Below are positions 1-13,560 of a stretch of DNA of 64,000 bases, piece by piece. A model generated the notes under the pieces. That model searched no databases. It was not told the origin of the DNA and saw only the letters and a program-made list of their open reading frames with translations. The first letter of the stretch is position 1. Each line of letters opens with the position of its first letter. The stretch is from Eledone cirrhosa. Lineage: Eukaryota. The stretch spans positions 271,250,001 through 271,314,000 of the forward strand of contig OZ024743.1 in assembly GCA_964016885.1 (NCBI GenBank), read 5' to 3'. The translations under genes were made by a program, and so were the position numbers.

Positions 1-1280
1 GGTGGGAAAATGTAACTATAATATCCTGAGTGGTGGGAAGATGTGACTATAATATCCTGAGTGGTGGGAAGATGTGACTATAATATCCTGAGTGGTGGGA
101 AGATGTGACTATAGTATCTAGAGTGGTGGGAAGATGTGACTATAATATCTAGAGTGATGGGAAGATATGACTATAATATCCTGAGTGGTGGGAAGATGTG
201 ACTATAGTATCTAGAGTGGTGGGAAGATGTGACTATAATATCTAGAGTGATGGGTAGATGTGACTAGTATCCTGAGTGGTGGGAAGATATGAGTATAATA
301 TCTAGAGTGATGGGAAGATGTGACTATAGTATCCTGAGTGGTGGGAAGAGGACTATAATATCTAGAGTGGTGGGAAGATGTGACTATAATATCCCAGGGT
401 GGTGGGAAGATGTGACTATAATATCCTGAGTGGTGGGAAGATGTGACTATAATATCTAGAGTGGTGGGAAGATGTGACTATAATATCCTGAGTGGTGGGA
501 TGATGTGACTATAATATTTAGAGTGGTGGGAAGATGTGACTATAATATCTAGAGAGGTGGGAAGATGTGACTATAATATCCTAAGTGGTGGGAAGATGTG
601 ACTATAGTATCCTGAGTGGTGGGAAGATGTGACTATAATATTCTAAGTGGTGGGAAGATGTGACTATAGTATCCTGAGTGGTGGGAAGATGTGACTATAG
701 TATCCTGAGTGGTGGGAAGATGTGACTATAATATCCTAAGTGGTGGGAAGATGTGACTATAGTATCCTGAGTGGTGGGAAGATGTGACTATAGTATCCTG
801 AGTGGTGGGAAGATGTGACTATAATATCCTAAGTGGTGGGAAGATGTGACTATAGTATCCTGAGTGGTGGGAAGATGTGACTATAGTATCCTGAGTGGTG
901 GGAAGATGTGACTATAATATCCTAAGTGGTGGGAAGATGTGACTATAGTATCCTGAGTGGTGGGAAGATGTGACTATAGTATCCTGAGTGGTGGGAAGAT
1001 GTGACTATAGTATCCTGAGTGGTGGGAAGATGTGACTATAATATCCTAAGTGGTGGGAAGATGTGACTATAATATCCTAAGTGGTGGGAAGATGTGACTA
1101 TAGTATCCTGAGTGGTGGGAAGATGTGACTATAATATCTAGAGTGATGGGAAGATGTGACTATAGTATCTAGAGTGGTGGGAAGATGTGACTATAATATC
1201 CAAGGGTGGTGGGAAGATCTGACTATAGTATCTAGAGAGGTGGGAAGATGTGACTATAATATCTAGAGTGGTGTGACTAT
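1..1280. repeat. 31-bp minisatellite (GAGTGGTGGGAAGATGTGACTATAATATCCT)n, about 41 copies, runs off the window start
   Basis: Tandem unit read directly from the sequence; variants at ATAATATCCT/ATAGTATCCT/ATAATATCTA. Confidence 0.97.
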
Positions 1281-1314
1281 ATAATCCCATACCCCAACCC
1301 ACTATCGCCTGATC

Positions 1315-1660
1315 TATTGTTGTTGCTGCAGCTGTTATTGTTGTTACTGTTGATATCGGTGCTGCTGCTGCTGCTGCAGCTCCTATTGTTGCTGTTGTTA
1401 TTCTCATTGTTTAGTTTCTCATCTGATCCCCTCATCAAGCAGTTGTTGCTACTTGTATTTGTTTTGTTACCAAACAATGCATTACCCTGGAAACAGTAAC
1501 CATTTCTTCATTTAGTCAATAAGTTGATTAGTGAACATGATCTGTTGTTGTTGTCATTGTTATTGTTATAATCATTATTGCTGTTGTTATTGTTGTTGCT
1601 GTCATCTATGTCATTGTTCTTGTTGTTGTCATTGTTGTTACCACTTGTTTGTTTTTGTCT
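1315..1660. repeat. Low-complexity (TGT/GCT)n trinucleotide region
   Basis: Degenerate TTG/CTG triplets; explains the poly-L/C/N/T ORFs here. Confidence 0.85.
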
Positions 1661-1839
1661 TTTTCTATTTTGAAAGATATGTACTGAATATTGAATATCC
1701 TAAAACACCCACTGCACACAACACTGCACACACACCTGCTTTTCTATCCTTGCATGTTTTTTCTATAGCGATATGCACTTAATGTAGTTCTAGATATAAA
1801 AAAGACAAAGATTGTAGTTGGAATGTCTTTGATTATAGG

Positions 1840-2465
1840 GCTGCTCAATCATGTCAGACTAGGGATTCAACAATAAATGACAGAGGCTGAATCATGTCAG
1901 ACTAGGAACTCAACAATAATAACAAAGGTTCAATTATGTTAGACTAGGGACTACAACAATAACAGAGTTTCAATCATGTCTGACTAGAGACTCAACAATA
2001 ATAAAGGTTCGATAATGCCAGACTAGAGACTACAATAATAACAAAGTTTCAATTATGTCAGACTAGGGACTCAACAACAATAACAGAGGCTCGATTATGT
2101 CAGGCTAGGGACTACAACAATAACAGGGGTTGAATCATGTCAGACTAGAGACTACAACAATAACAGAGGCTCAATTATGTCAGACTAGGGACTCAACGAC
2201 AATAACAGAAGCTCAATCATGTCAGACTAGGGACTACAACAATAACAGAGGCTCAATTATGTCAGACTAGGGACTCAACAACAATAACAGAGATTCAATC
2301 ATGTCAGACTAGGGATTCAACAATAATAACAGAGGCTCAATTATGTCAGACTAGGGATTCAACAATAATAACAGAGGCTCAATCATGTCAGACTAGGGGC
2401 TCAATAATAATAACAAAAGATCAATCATATCAGACGAGGGACTCAACAACAGCAATAACAAGAGA
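1840..2465. repeat. About 39-43-bp minisatellite (AATCATGTCAGACTAGGGACTCAACAATAACAGAGGCTC), about 15 copies
   Basis: Tandem unit seen directly; length varies with the AAT/AAC triplets. Confidence 0.92.
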
Positions 2466-4009
2466 CCTTTTATATTGTTACTTAACCAGCTAAAATAGCA
2501 GGCAAATAATAAGAAAGTTAGTTATATTATGAAATCACTTCAAATTCTTGATTATTTGAAAATCATAGGTAATGTTTTTTTATTAGAAATGTAACAAAAT
2601 TGGTTACTTGGATTTAGCTGAAAATATCTAGAAACAGGTTTATTAATTCAAATAGTTTAGTGGTTAACAGATTATTGTGAAAATTTGCAGTATTAGGATA
2701 AAGATTTTAGTTATTAATGTGATCAAGTCATAGTGCTGTTTTGTACATTCAAGAATGTCTTACTAATGTGTTTTTTTTAAACCCAAATGTTTATAGTATC
2801 TTTACTAGGGAACATATTGTGAACATTTGCAGTAAACTAAAGACTTTAATCTTTAATGTGATACAGTCATAGTGTTTGTTTTGTACTTTCCAAGGATGTC
2901 TTACTACAGCAGTTTCATAGGGTACAGAATTTAAGAGTGTAACAATCAATGGTACTGTTCTCCCTATCCAACCAAAACACTAACCAGTGTTATAGTTTAC
3001 AAAATCTATAATTTGAAATGTAAATAACAATGATAATAGCAGGGATTAATCATAGACATTAAGATATTGATAATTGTGTTGCAGTATCCTGGAGGAATTT
3101 ATTAATACCGCAGCCAGCTGAATATCAGTGTCTAAGAGAGAACATTCTACAATGGATCTATCTGCCTGACTGTCTATATGTATAGTGTATGTGTGTATGT
3201 ATATGTATGCATACATGCATATGTATATGTGTGTGTATATATATATACATTTGTGTGTGTATATGTATGTACATATATGTGTGTGTATATATATACATGT
3301 GTGTGTGTATATATATATAGATACAAACATCTATAATATCTGTATATGTGTGTTGAAGTGGGCATCTGCTACTGGTGGGAATTGGGTTGAAAATCAGCAT
3401 GTAGTATGTATATGGTGTGTGTTACTGTGTGTGTAGAAAGGCCAATGAGAGATTCTTAAGAATGCATGAGTTGCTGCCCACTGTAGACGAGTATCTTGGA
3501 GAGCAGTGACTCTAATTAAAAACAATTGAATGAGGCAGACGTGGATTCCATAAGCCATAGTGAAGGTCACCCATCTAGGAAGGCAGTGGCTCTGATTAAA
3601 AATGACAGCACAGGGCAGACATGAACTCTGTAAGCCGTAGTGAAGGCAACCCATCTAGGAGAGTAGACGGTGAATAAAAACTGATATGGGTGAAGAAGAC
3701 CCTTGAATCCAGTAAGACAACTTCTCTAGTGCTCATGATATGAATAATGCACCTAGTCCACACTAACTGAGGTTGTCTGTAAAAGTTCCTCATAGCCTTT
3801 TGTTCTTTACTCAGTCCTGCCTATGGTGCATGGGTAGAAGTAATTGTCACCATTCTATTTCTTATAGCTATTCTAAGTTTGATAATTCTGTCACTTACTC
3901 TACCTTTGTCACTTTATATATACATTTCTCAGCAAGCAGAATACCTACACCACCTACCTCATTATCATTTCCTGCCTAATAAACTTTGTATCTATGTTGT
4001 TTGTCCAGG

Positions 4010-5000
4010 CAGCAAAGCTCATAACCAGAGAAAAGACCTAGGCCATCTTAAACATCCCAGCAGAGGTGATGACAGTGATGAAGAGAACAACTCTGAAATA
4101 TAAGTGCATTTTGGTGCAATCTCGCAAAGTTGAGATGTCTCCCAAGCACAGGTGGAAGCTGCACTGAAGTGCATCATAAATGACATTGAGCACGTAACAA
4201 GGGCCAAACAATTGGAGAGTATCCCAGGGCTTTTCAAAACTGAGGCCCATGTTATTAAGCATTTGTTGGTCCCCTGCAAATCGGACCAAATCGTTATTTA
4301 CTCGTCCTACATGGGGAGGAGAAGTGTAAGAGTATGCATTCCCAGGATCCCACTAGGACTGGACATATGGTGGCTTCTTGGGTGTGTGGCTGCAGAGGAC
4401 CCTAAGACACAACACTCCTCGATTTGAAATGTACAAAGAGGGAGAAATGGTCCATGACTAGTTTTGAAATTTTTCTCCAATTTAAACCCGAGGACATAAA
4501 AAATATCCTAGACCCTGTCAAACTACCGGACAGGTACGAGAAAGAGGTGATTACTGAAGGCAAAAGCCACACTGCTTCGTTTGTGGGGGAAGCTACACAT
4601 CTGTTGACCTTTTGCTCTCAGCTGAAAATGGCAGGACGCTGCAAACCTCTATTGGTGCCAACACTGGTGCTGGGACAAACAACCGTACAACCAACAATGC
4701 CAGCAGCAACAACAGTAACAGCTAAACCACCACCAACAACAACCAAATGGGAAGTTGAGGAAAGCTCTCCCATTTCCTCTCCTCCTCCCCAAATAAATAC
4801 ACACAAGCATCTAAAAGTGACACAGAGATCTCGTCTTCTCATAGCGAAGATGAGAGACAACCACAAAGAGCAAAAATACAAAAATGCAAGCACAAGAAAA
4901 AAAAAATCAAACAACACACACACAATAGAAAATGCAGACACAATAGACACAACAAACATAGATACATCTACAAAAATCAACAGCATGTCACCCAAATGAA
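4010..5000 (+). pseudogene. Decayed gag-like ORF1 of a non-LTR retrotransposon (L1/Tx1-like) with a CCHC zinc knuckle
   Basis: ORFs 4152-4427 and 4424-4999; correcting a -1/+1 frameshift pair at 4560-4590 gives EGKKPHCFVCGEATHLLTFC (C-X2-C-X4-H-X4-C), followed by a T/P/K-rich low-complexity tail. Confidence 0.6.
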
Positions 5001-5189
5001 AACTCATAAAACCACAACTTATCACACAGACACCAAACTTTTTCTATAAGCAGTCTTCAAATATCTCCTCCCTATTGAGAAATTCTCTTTGCTTAATTTT
5101 TTCACTATTACCAACACACACACTGTTTTCATTCTGTGTGATCCTAATGTTGTTCTTGATGTTAACCCTTGTGGTGAATAAACGAATCA

Positions 5190-5400
5190 TTCTAGTGGAT
5201 TGGTAATATTGATAGACCATCCGGTTATGGCCCTTTATGTTCTGAGTTCAAATCCCGCTGAGGTTAGCTTCGCCTTTTGTCCTTATGGGGTCAATAAAAT
5301 AAAGCATCAGTAATGCACTGGGGTTGATTTAATCGACTTTCCCCTCCCCACAAAATTGCTGGCATTGTGCCCATAGTAGAAATCATTATTATTACTATTA

Positions 5401-5440
<40 letters not shown>
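5190..5440 (+). mobile_element. tRNA-derived SINE, family M (Meta-domain-like), with (ATT)n tail
   Basis: B-box GAGTTCAAATCC; central CTTCGCCTTTTGTCCTTATGGGGTCAATAAAATAAAG; 3' GGCATTGTGCCCATAGTAGAAATCATTATT; many copies in the window. Confidence 0.85.
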
Positions 5441-5441
<1 letters not shown>

Positions 5442-7175
5442 CATCTAGATGAAATGCAGTTCGGGTTTGTGTCAGGAAAAAGTACCACAGACGCTCTTTT
5501 CATTGTACGACAACTACAGGAGAAGTACCTAGCTAAAAGTAAACCCCTATACTTAGCTTTCGTCGACTTGGAGAAGGCCTTCGACAGAGTCCCCCGTTCC
5601 ATTATCTGGTGGGCTCTTAGAAAACTAGGTGTCGATGAATGGCTTGTGAGAGCTATACAAGCCATGTATAAAGAAACAGTCAGCAAGGTTAGAATTAACA
5701 ACGAATATAGTGAAGAGTTTAGTGTAAAAGTTGGTGTTCATCAGGGCTCTGTTCTTAGCCCCCTACTATTTATTATTGCCCTCCAGGCTATAACAGTGGA
5801 GTTCAAGACCGGCTGCCCATGGGAACTCCTATACGCAGATGATCTACGCTCATAGCTGAATCAATGGCCGAGCTAGAGAAGAAATTCCAAACATGGAAGC
5901 ACGGGCTAGAATCAAAAGGCCTTAAAATTAACCTGGCTAAGACTAAAGTTCTAGTTTGTAAGAAAGAAAATAAGGCGGCGGTCCCCTCCAGGAAGTGGCC
6001 ATGCGCAGAGTGTAGGAAAGGCGTAGGTAGAAATTCCATTTTGTGTCCCAAATGCAAAGTTTGGGTTCATAAAAGATGTAGTGGGATCACAGGTAAGCTA
6101 ACTAAGAACATAGATTTTACCTGTGGCCGGTGTTCTGGGGCAATAAGTAGCAGCAAGTGCCCACGAAATACTAGCTCTTTCAACTGCGCAGAGGGTTCTA
6201 TAGAAATAGTGGACAGCTTCCGTTACCTGGGTGAGAAAATCAGCAGTGGGGGAGGGTGCTCTGAAAGTACAGTAGCTAGAGTCAGAACTGGGTGGAAAAA
6301 GTTCAGAGAGCTTATACCACTATTAGCCGCTAAAGGGTTCTCCCTAAAAATGAAAGGCAGGTTGTACGATGCCTGCATACGAACAGCAATGTTGCATGGC
6401 AGTGAGACCTGGGCATTGTGTGCAGAGGATATACGCAGACTAGAGAGAAACGAAGCTTGCATGCTCCGCTGGATGTGTAATAGTAATATACGTGAACGAC
6501 AAAGCATAAACGAACTAAGGAAAAAATTAGAAATAAGAGGGATCAGATGTTGTTTACTAGAGAGAAGGCTACGTTGGTATGGTCACATGATGCGCATGAA
6601 GGACGATAGCTGTATAACAAAGTGCAGGGCAATAAAGATAGACGGTAGCCACGGAATAGGCAGACCCAGAAAAATCTGGGACGAGCTGATAAACTCCGAC
6701 CTCACACACTTACACCTCACCAAGACAATGTCACTGGACCGAGACCTTTGGCGGTACTCAGTAATAGAGAAGACCCGCCTTACCTAAATACAAAGTAAAA
6801 CCTACTACAATCAGTAGGCATCTCTAACAAAATACACCCCCGTCCCACCACCCCCACCCCATCCACACCGCCCCCTTCTATGTAAAGTTATGTTGGTGCC
6901 ACACCATCCAGACCGAAACAAATGAGATCGTGTAGGTGTCACGACAAAAAAACACAGTCCACGCTGTAATGTGGCCGTGTAGGCAACACGGTAAAAACCT
7001 CCCAGACCCACACTGTAAATGTGGTTGGTGTTAGGAAGGGCATCCAACTGTAGAAAACCTGCCAGACAGTCCTATGCGAGCAAGACAATCACTCTTGCCT
7101 CAAGTGGGAAAACCTCCGTCCAAACCCATGCAAGCGTAGAACACGGACGTTAAACGATGAGGATGATGATGATGA
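5440..7175 (+). mobile_element. RTE-clade LINE (family A), 5'-truncated; RT with inserted PHD finger, one frameshift near 5847, 3' UTR and (GAT)n tail
   Basis: [56 protein letters not shown] and GRPRK motifs in ORFs 5367-5855 and 5864-6787. Confidence 0.95.
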
Positions 7176-7914
7176 TCCTCTTGACATTTCATCTGTCCAT
7201 AAGTATGTTTTGGTAAATATACTTAGATAAAATCATAACGATATCATTACAAAAGCATGTTTTATCTTTGTTATATACATATATGAGTGTGTTTGTGTAT
7301 ATACACAAACACATACACACACGTGTGTGTGTATGTGTTTGTGTATATACATGTGTGTGTGTATTGTGGTCCTTTGCTGAACATCAGCTGCAGAGACACG
7401 ACAGTAAGGTAAGGTATGTATATATATAATAAGAGGTCACTTTGGCTTGTTAATCACAAGTGCTACATGAGATAAACTTCAAGTGTATGATAGCTTTAAA
7501 ACATCAATGAACTTTATACACACTTACACATACTGAGATTCAAGTTATTTACTGTTTTGTACATGTATACTTTTGTTTTTTAAGTCCACATAAAGATTCT
7601 GAACATTATATTGATGTTGGGGTCTCAAAGTGTAAATATTATAAAGAATTGATTAATTCTGTAATAAAATCATGCATATTTCCTTCCACAAGCCTCTTAG
7701 TAAATACCAAACAGCCACAATTTGTTGACACCTTATTTCTCTCTTAACTTTTCTCTACCTGTTTTGCTATGTCCCAACATGCACTGGAATGATTGGTATC
7801 AACCTTAATGCGTTGAAACTGTAATGATTACCAGAAGTTGGCTGAGGAAGTGAGACTGTCCGTCTCTCCATTGTTTTTTCCATTGTCTTTGTCCTGTGCA
7901 CCCCCTACTTTGAA

Positions 7915-8142
7915 CATCATCATCATCATCATTTAACGTCTATCTTCCACTCTAGCATGGGTTAGACGGGAATTGTCCCATTTGAGGCAAGATTGGTCGG
8001 GTGACCATGTCTCGCTCGTATAGGAATATCTGGCAGGTTTTCTACGGCTGGATGACCTTCCTAACACCAACCACATTTACAGTGTAGACTGGGAGCTTTT
8101 TACCATGTTACCTACACAACCACATTACAGCGTGGACTGTGT
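7915..8142 (-). mobile_element. 3' UTR fragment of an RTE family A-like element
   Basis: (CAT)n tail, then reverse complement of the UTR seen at 6950-7175. Confidence 0.85.
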
Positions 8143-8167
8143 ATTTTCATATTTTTTATATATACAT

Positions 8168-8522
8168 GAGTAAATTGGAGCAACGTGAAATAAAGTGTCT
8201 TGCTCAAGGACACAATCTATCACCCGGTCTGAGAATCAAACTCACAACCTTCCAATTGCAAGCCCAATGCTCTAACCACTAAGTCATGCGCCTTCACTGT
8301 TCACTCAGCTGTAGAAATGAGTTACGTCTCTGGTGTCAAGCTGTATCGGCCATTGCTTTTCCCTTACACATCATCGGTGGCGTGGAGAAGAGAGACTGGT
8401 ATGCATGAGCGATTACTGGTCTTCCACAAACAACCTTGCCTGGACTTGTGCCTTGGCGGGGAAACTTTCTGGTTGCAAATCCCATGGTCATTTGTGACCG
8501 AACGGGGTCTTTACCTTTTATC
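8168..8522. mobile_element. tRNA-derived CORE-like SINE (family C) with inverted 5' part
   Basis: 8168-8293 is the reverse complement of the head and core seen at 50839-50965; 8300-8522 continues on + (CACTCAGCTGTAGAAATGAG ... CTTTACCTTTTA tail). Confidence 0.8.
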
Positions 8523-8553
8523 TTTTATATATATATATATTTATATATTTATT

Positions 8554-8690
<137 letters not shown>

Positions 8691-8834
8691 ACTTATAAGT
8701 TGGAATAGAATGAAACGAAATTTCATTTCTCACTCTTAGTACGGCACTTACTTAAATGTAAGTATGTATGTATACGTACATACATATATGTATACAGACG
8801 TACAGTAGCATGTATATATATATATATACATACG

Positions 8835-10497
<1,663 letters not shown>

Positions 10498-10499
10498 GT

Positions 10500-11490
10500 T
10501 AGAAAAATATAAAAACAATCTCTTCTCAACATATATATGTATATTAATAACCTCAAATTACCACACTAATAATGGTAAGATAAGCTGATGAGAATAGGTG
10601 CAAAAATGCGATAATGAATGTGTCTAAAAGCGACCATAAGTATGTATATATATGTGAAAATTTATATAAATAAGTAAATATATATATATATGTTTGATGT
10701 GTATAGTTAGATGTAAGTGTATTCATGTATTAAAGTGCTTATATATATATGTATATATATATATATATAGATATAGATATATATGTATATGTATATATAT
10801 ACACATAGACTAGGGTATGTATGTATATATGTGTGTGTCTATACGTGTGTATATAAAGATAAGTTGAGTATAAAAATGTATACACATGAACGCGTATGTA
10901 TGTACATGAATACATGTGTGTATACATATATATGTATGCATGTGTATGTGTATGTAAGTATGAACATGTTACTATGTGAATGTGAGTATATGTATTTTGT
11001 AGAGGTGTGCAAATATGTTTGTGTGTGAATGCGTGGGTGAAAGGATACGTACACTTGAAAGAAAAATTTAAGTCTGAATGTTAATTAAGTGCAAACACAA
11101 AACCAACCACGCATATCTTTACTATCTCTAATCCTTCTATAGATTTAGAAAAATAACCAATAATATATTCTATAAAAATGTCAAAACAACAGATGGGAAT
11201 CTAATTACTCACTACCACCAAAAATTCTCACTGCTATCAAAAAACCACTCCCTCAACTATTCTTCTAACAACTTCACCCCTCCCTCCTAATATTCTCTAT
11301 AAAAACCAAACAGGTCCTCAGTAATATTATTCTGATGAAATGACAGTAAATAATAACATTGAAATATTGAATGTCTGCATAACTAATACTTTGTAGATAG
11401 CAGCTGTTTTCAGGTTATGTAACTGTTATAGAAACACGTGTCAATAAATTCCTTTCAACTAAACCGTATCCATTCAAATCTTTCTATATT
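10500..11490 (+). mobile_element. Non-coding 3' portion of a PLE related to PLE-1
   Basis: Flanked by (TA)n, internal TG/TA microsatellite, ends in a hammerhead and AATAAATTCCTTT tail similar to PLE-1. Confidence 0.6.
11327..11447 (+). ncRNA. Hammerhead ribozyme (type I, expanded stem II)
   Basis: Stem I TTATT/AATAA; CTGATGA 11332-11338; stem II ATGACAGT/ACTGTTAT; GAAA 11431-11434; palindromic stem III ACACGTGT; GUC site at 11440-11442. Confidence 0.8.
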
Positions 11491-11571
<81 letters not shown>

Positions 11572-11616
11572 CGTAAAATAAGAAAATTATAAAATTAACT
11601 TACTTACTAAAAAATC

Positions 11617-11699
11617 ACTTCCAACTAATTAGTTTCTGGAATGGAGTAAATATATTTTCCGAAGAAATTTATACAAAATCATTCCGTCATCAGGAAAGT
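11617..11699 (-). ncRNA. Hammerhead ribozyme (inverted copy of 12447-12529)
   Basis: Reverse complement of the + strand motif. Confidence 0.8.
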
Positions 11700-12446
11700 C
11701 TTTTTCCGTATAGGTCTCCAGGCATAGCGAGGACACTGGAAACTTATTAAAAAAATAATTCAGTGGAATGGAAATAGCGATGCGTGGACTGGATTCCAAG
11801 CCATTGAGAAAATCACTGCCTCTACGTCCGTGGCAAATTCAAAAAGAATCAATCACGTGACATCGAGGTCAATCAGTGGAAAGCGAGTGGTTATTAAGAC
11901 AGCGGCCAGCTTACTACCATAGTAGCAGCAGTCATGGCCAAATATCGCTCGACAAATGAATTGGAGATAATTATAAGGAATTTATATCTAGTAACATTTA
12001 TATACACACAGATGCATATCAATGCTAGCAAATATATAGGTTTTGTCTTATTAACATATTATTGTTCTGCAACCCCATGCATTGGACCACATTGTTAATA
12101 AGACAAAACCTATATATTTGCTAGCATTGATATGCATCTGTGTGTATATAAATGTTACTAGATATAAATTCCTTATAATTATCTCCAATTCATTTGTCGA
12201 GCGATATTTGGCCATGACTGCTACTATGGTAGTAAGCTGGCCGCTGTCTTAATAACCACTCGCTTTCCACTGATTGACCTCGATGTCACGTGATTGATTC
12301 TTTTTGAATTTGCCACGGACGCAGAGGCAGTGATTTTCTCAATGGCTTGGAATCCAGTCCACGCATCGCTATTTCCATTACACTGAATTATTTTTTTAAT
12401 AAGTTTCCAGTGTCCTCGCTATGCCTGGAGACCTATACGGAAAAAG

Positions 12447-12529
12447 ACTTTCCTGATGACGGAATGATTTTGTATAAATTTCTTCGGAAAATATATTTAC
12501 TCCATTCCAGAAACTAATTAGTTGGAAGT
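12447..12529 (+). ncRNA. Hammerhead ribozyme (type I)
   Basis: Stem I ACTTTC/GGAAGT; CTGATGA 12453-12459; stem II GGAATG/CATTCC; GAAA; palindromic stem III ACTAATTAGT; GUU site 12521-12523. Confidence 0.8.
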
Positions 12530-12847
12530 GATTTTTTAGTAAGTAAGTTAATTTTATAATTTTCTTATTTTACGTCTCTCATATTATTGTTCTGCAACCC
12601 CATGCATTGAACCACATTGTTAATAAGACAAAACCTATATATTTGCTAGCATTGATATGCATCTGTGTGTATATAAATGTTACTAGATATAAATTCCTTA
12701 TATATATATATATATATTTTACGTCTCTCATATTATTGTTCTGCAACCCCATGCATTGAACCACATTGTTAATAAGACAAAACCTATATATTTGCTAGCA
12801 TTGATATGCATCTGTGTGTATATAAATGTTACTAGATATAAATTCCT

Positions 12848-12848
<1 letters not shown>

Positions 12849-12929
<81 letters not shown>

Positions 12930-12943
12930 TATATATATATATT

Positions 12944-12979
<36 letters not shown>

Positions 12980-12999
12980 TATATATATATATTTATATT

Positions 13000-13095
<96 letters not shown>

Positions 13096-13131
13096 CATAT
13101 ATATATTTATATATATATACATATATATATT

Positions 13132-13201
<70 letters not shown>

Positions 13202-13385
13202 CATATATATATATATATTCATATATATATATACATATATATTTATATATATATACATATATATATATATTTATATATATATATATATTTATATATATAT
13301 ACATATATATATATATATACATATATATTTATATATATATACATATATATATATATTTATATATATATACATATATATATATATT

Positions 13386-13416
<31 letters not shown>

Positions 13417-13427
13417 TTATATATATT

Positions 13428-13482
<55 letters not shown>

Positions 13483-13560
13483 TTATATATATTTATATAT
13501 ATATATATATAAATATATATATATAAATATATATATATTTATATATATTTGTATATATAT
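12849..13560. repeat. About 700-bp imperfect (TA)n microsatellite
   Basis: Direct; source of the spurious YI-repeat ORFs. Similar tracts at 8526-8690, 10267-10495, 11487-11565, 32195-32360. Confidence 0.97.

Larger units (their letters stand above)
11566..12850. mobile_element. Non-coding PLE-derived or retrozyme-like element: 525-bp unit (12056-12580), an inverted copy (11566-12056) and two partial tandem copies (12581-12700, 12718-12850)
   Basis: Near-perfect inverted and direct repeats seen directly; contains a hammerhead; embedded in (TA)n. Confidence 0.8.

Noticed and set aside
1-2465. Regular repeats as a possible CRISPR array
   Set aside because: Units are contiguous with no unique spacers, there are no cas genes, and the context is eukaryotic
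10584-10620. CTGATGAG as a further hammerhead
   Set aside because: No stem II, GAAA or stem III could be found downstream
12756-13526. Long YI/IY-repeat ORFs (also at 8317, 10158, 32069 and elsewhere)
   Set aside because: These are translations of (TA)n and (CA)n microsatellites, not genes
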